Shown here: piece by piece, positions 62,248 through 64,000 of the stretch
Layout of the letters: each line of letters begins with the position of its first letter
How positions within the stretch are numbered: the stretch's first letter is position 1
The notes under the pieces: model-generated
The model's input: the letters and a program-made list of their open reading frames with translations, nothing else
What the model was told of the DNA's origin: nothing
The model's database searches: none
Source of the DNA: Selaginella moellendorffii
Lineage: Eukaryota; Plantae; Lycopodiophyta
Direction: 5' to 3'
Assembly (NCBI RefSeq): GCF_000143415.4
Contig: NW_003314287.1
Span: forward strand, 518,203-582,202
DNA length: 64,000 bases
Position numbers and translations under genes: made by a program

Positions 62248-63243
62248 ATGATTTTTAAACTCTTTTTGTTATTTACATTTTTTATTTTATCTTATGCTCA
62301 ACCACCTCAAACTAGATGGATTGGAGGTTTGGGTCATTTTGGTAATCAGCACATTAGAAGAATTATCTCTCAACTTAGACTTTTAATAGAAAGTATTGAT
62401 ATTAATCAACCAATTGTATTGAACAATCATAACTTTTATCTTTATGATACTATTGCTGCTGGTTACCAACAAGTTATGATTAGAATTTATGTTGTTCCTT
62501 CAGGTTTTAGAAACTTTATTAATTGTAATCCACTTCCTGCTAATTATCAATTTAGTGGCCAATATATTCAAAATATTTTCTTAGAAATTTTACGATTAGT
62601 AGAGTATCATGCACAAAGATATGGTTTAGGAATGATTGGTACTGTATATAGGTATTTTTCAATAGATTATTTTACATTTGGAAATAATCCTGCAAGACAT
62701 TCTACTGAACCATATCCTGATGTATCCTATCCAAAAGGATTACCTGATGATTCTAATCCACCTCCTGAGATATTTGATATTAAAAAAGATATTGATACTT
62801 CTCAGTGTTGGCCATATCGAGCACAACTAATAAATGGTCCTTTAACTTTTTATGGCACATATATAATAAATAGTAATAGTTTAATTTCTCCAACTAACAA
62901 ATTTAGAGCTAAATTAATAAAGTGTAATCTAGTAATTGATGATATTAAAACTAACAAGAATATATGGTCTACAATGTCAGAAAGAAGTGATATTTTGTGT
63001 TATCTTCACCTCAACCCAGAGGAACATTTACTCATAATAGATAAGGATAATAATATTATAGGGAAAAATAATAGTTTTGGTAAAAATGTAATAATATTTG
63101 CTGTTTTAACAATAGAAGATACTGGACACTTACTAGTAACATCTTATAATAATAGGATGAAAAAGATAATTGGAGAAATAAATTTTAAACAAAACTATAA
63201 AATAGAAATAATATTTATTCTGGCACTATTCTCACATTGTTGA
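62248..63243 (+). CDS. Secreted protein with unknown N-terminal domain and C-terminal bulb-type (GNA/B) lectin domain
   Basis: 331-aa ORF in very AT-rich DNA. Signal peptide MIFKLFLLFTFFILSYA, Pro-rich linker, B-lectin pattern SLISPTNKF...CNLVI...IWST...CYLHL...LTIEDTGHLLV. Confidence 0.75.
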   Translation: MIFKLFLLFTFFILSYAQPPQTRWIGGLGHFGNQHIRRIISQLRLLIESIDINQPIVLNNHNFYLYDTIAAGYQQVMIRIYVVPSGFRNFINCNPLPANYQFSGQYIQNIFLEILRLVEYHAQRYGLGMIGTVYRYFSIDYFTFGNNPARHSTEPYPDVSYPKGLPDDSNPPPEIFDIKKDIDTSQCWPYRAQLINGPLTFYGTYIINSNSLISPTNKFRAKLIKCNLVIDDIKTNKNIWSTMSERSDILCYLHLNPEEHLLIIDKDNNIIGKNNSFGKNVIIFAVLTIEDTGHLLVTSYNNRMKKIIGEINFKQNYKIEIIFILALFSHC

Positions 63244-64000
63244 GTCCTTAACTTTATCTCATTTATTATTTTAATGTTATTATTTTATTATGTATTTAAT
63301 GTTCTTTATGGCCTTTATTTTTTATTTCTGATTCTTCTTCATTTTATTGTTGCTGCTCTTGCTCACAATGGTGAATCCATCCTACTGCTCATCTCCATAT
63401 GAAGACTGCCAAAAAGAACATCATGGTTGGAGAGTCATTCAAACCTAGATCTACACACCTAGCTCCTTTAAAGACTTATTAGATACTCTAAGCATCTACT
63501 ATAGAATGAAAACTCCCATTTCATTTTCCATTTTGTAGCAAATATATCCTTCTACTAATTGTCCTTAAAGTTTTGGTACACAATGATATCATAGCCTTCT
63601 ACAACTCTATACAAAACTAGCTTAGCTTTTACGTATTACAAAGGTATGGCTTTGCAAAATCTAAATAGAACCTCAAACTGCTGATCTCCTCTATATTTTT
63701 GCTCTTCTATTCTTTGTTTTAGATGCCACAGCAAGGATTGATGGCAAGGATCTTATGAATGGAAGCTATAAACACCATCTAGAGTTGGTAGTATACAAGT
63801 TTAAGAATCTTACCTCTCATTTGTTGTTCTATTATTTGAGTTTTCTTCTTTATCAAAGTAGTTGAATGTTAATGAAAAACTCTGGCACGAGATAGAAGAC
63901 AAAAAGGAACTACGACTCAGTTTAGCACTAAGAAAGCTACTTGAAACGAGTTATCCCAACATAAGAACCAAAATTACCATTATTAAATACTCAAGAATAC

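Overview
Eukaryotic, repeat-dense DNA with several N gaps, probably from a non-seed land plant (inferred from a Cassandra-type TRIM and a Tcn1-like chromovirus). Most of the window is nested, decayed Ty3/Gypsy LTR retrotransposons, solo LTRs and a LINE fragment. The standout is a well-preserved ~11.8 kb DNA transposon (about 15797-27593) with 28-bp subterminal inverted repeats and a GGACCAT direct repeat on both flanks. It carries (i) an intact 4-exon Mutator-like DDE transposase with an N-terminal GCM/WRKY-like Zn domain and a C-terminal SWIM finger, (ii) a divergently transcribed 10-exon gene fusing a ParB/Srx-like domain to a prokaryote-type beta-class amino-(N6A/N4C) DNA methyltransferase fold, (iii) two small inward-facing genes with related zf-XS-like fingers, and (iv) non-coding arrays of a TGTCA motif. 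Together these suggest a transposon-encoded epigenetic or anti-silencing module (inference). Also present: a 5S-rRNA-bearing Cassandra TRIM plus solo LTR, a pol-less LTR element with an F-box-like ORF upstream of gag, an orphan PPCS-like exon, and an AT-rich intronless gene for a secreted protein with a bulb-type lectin domain. All splice models and domain calls were read by eye and need computational confirmation.
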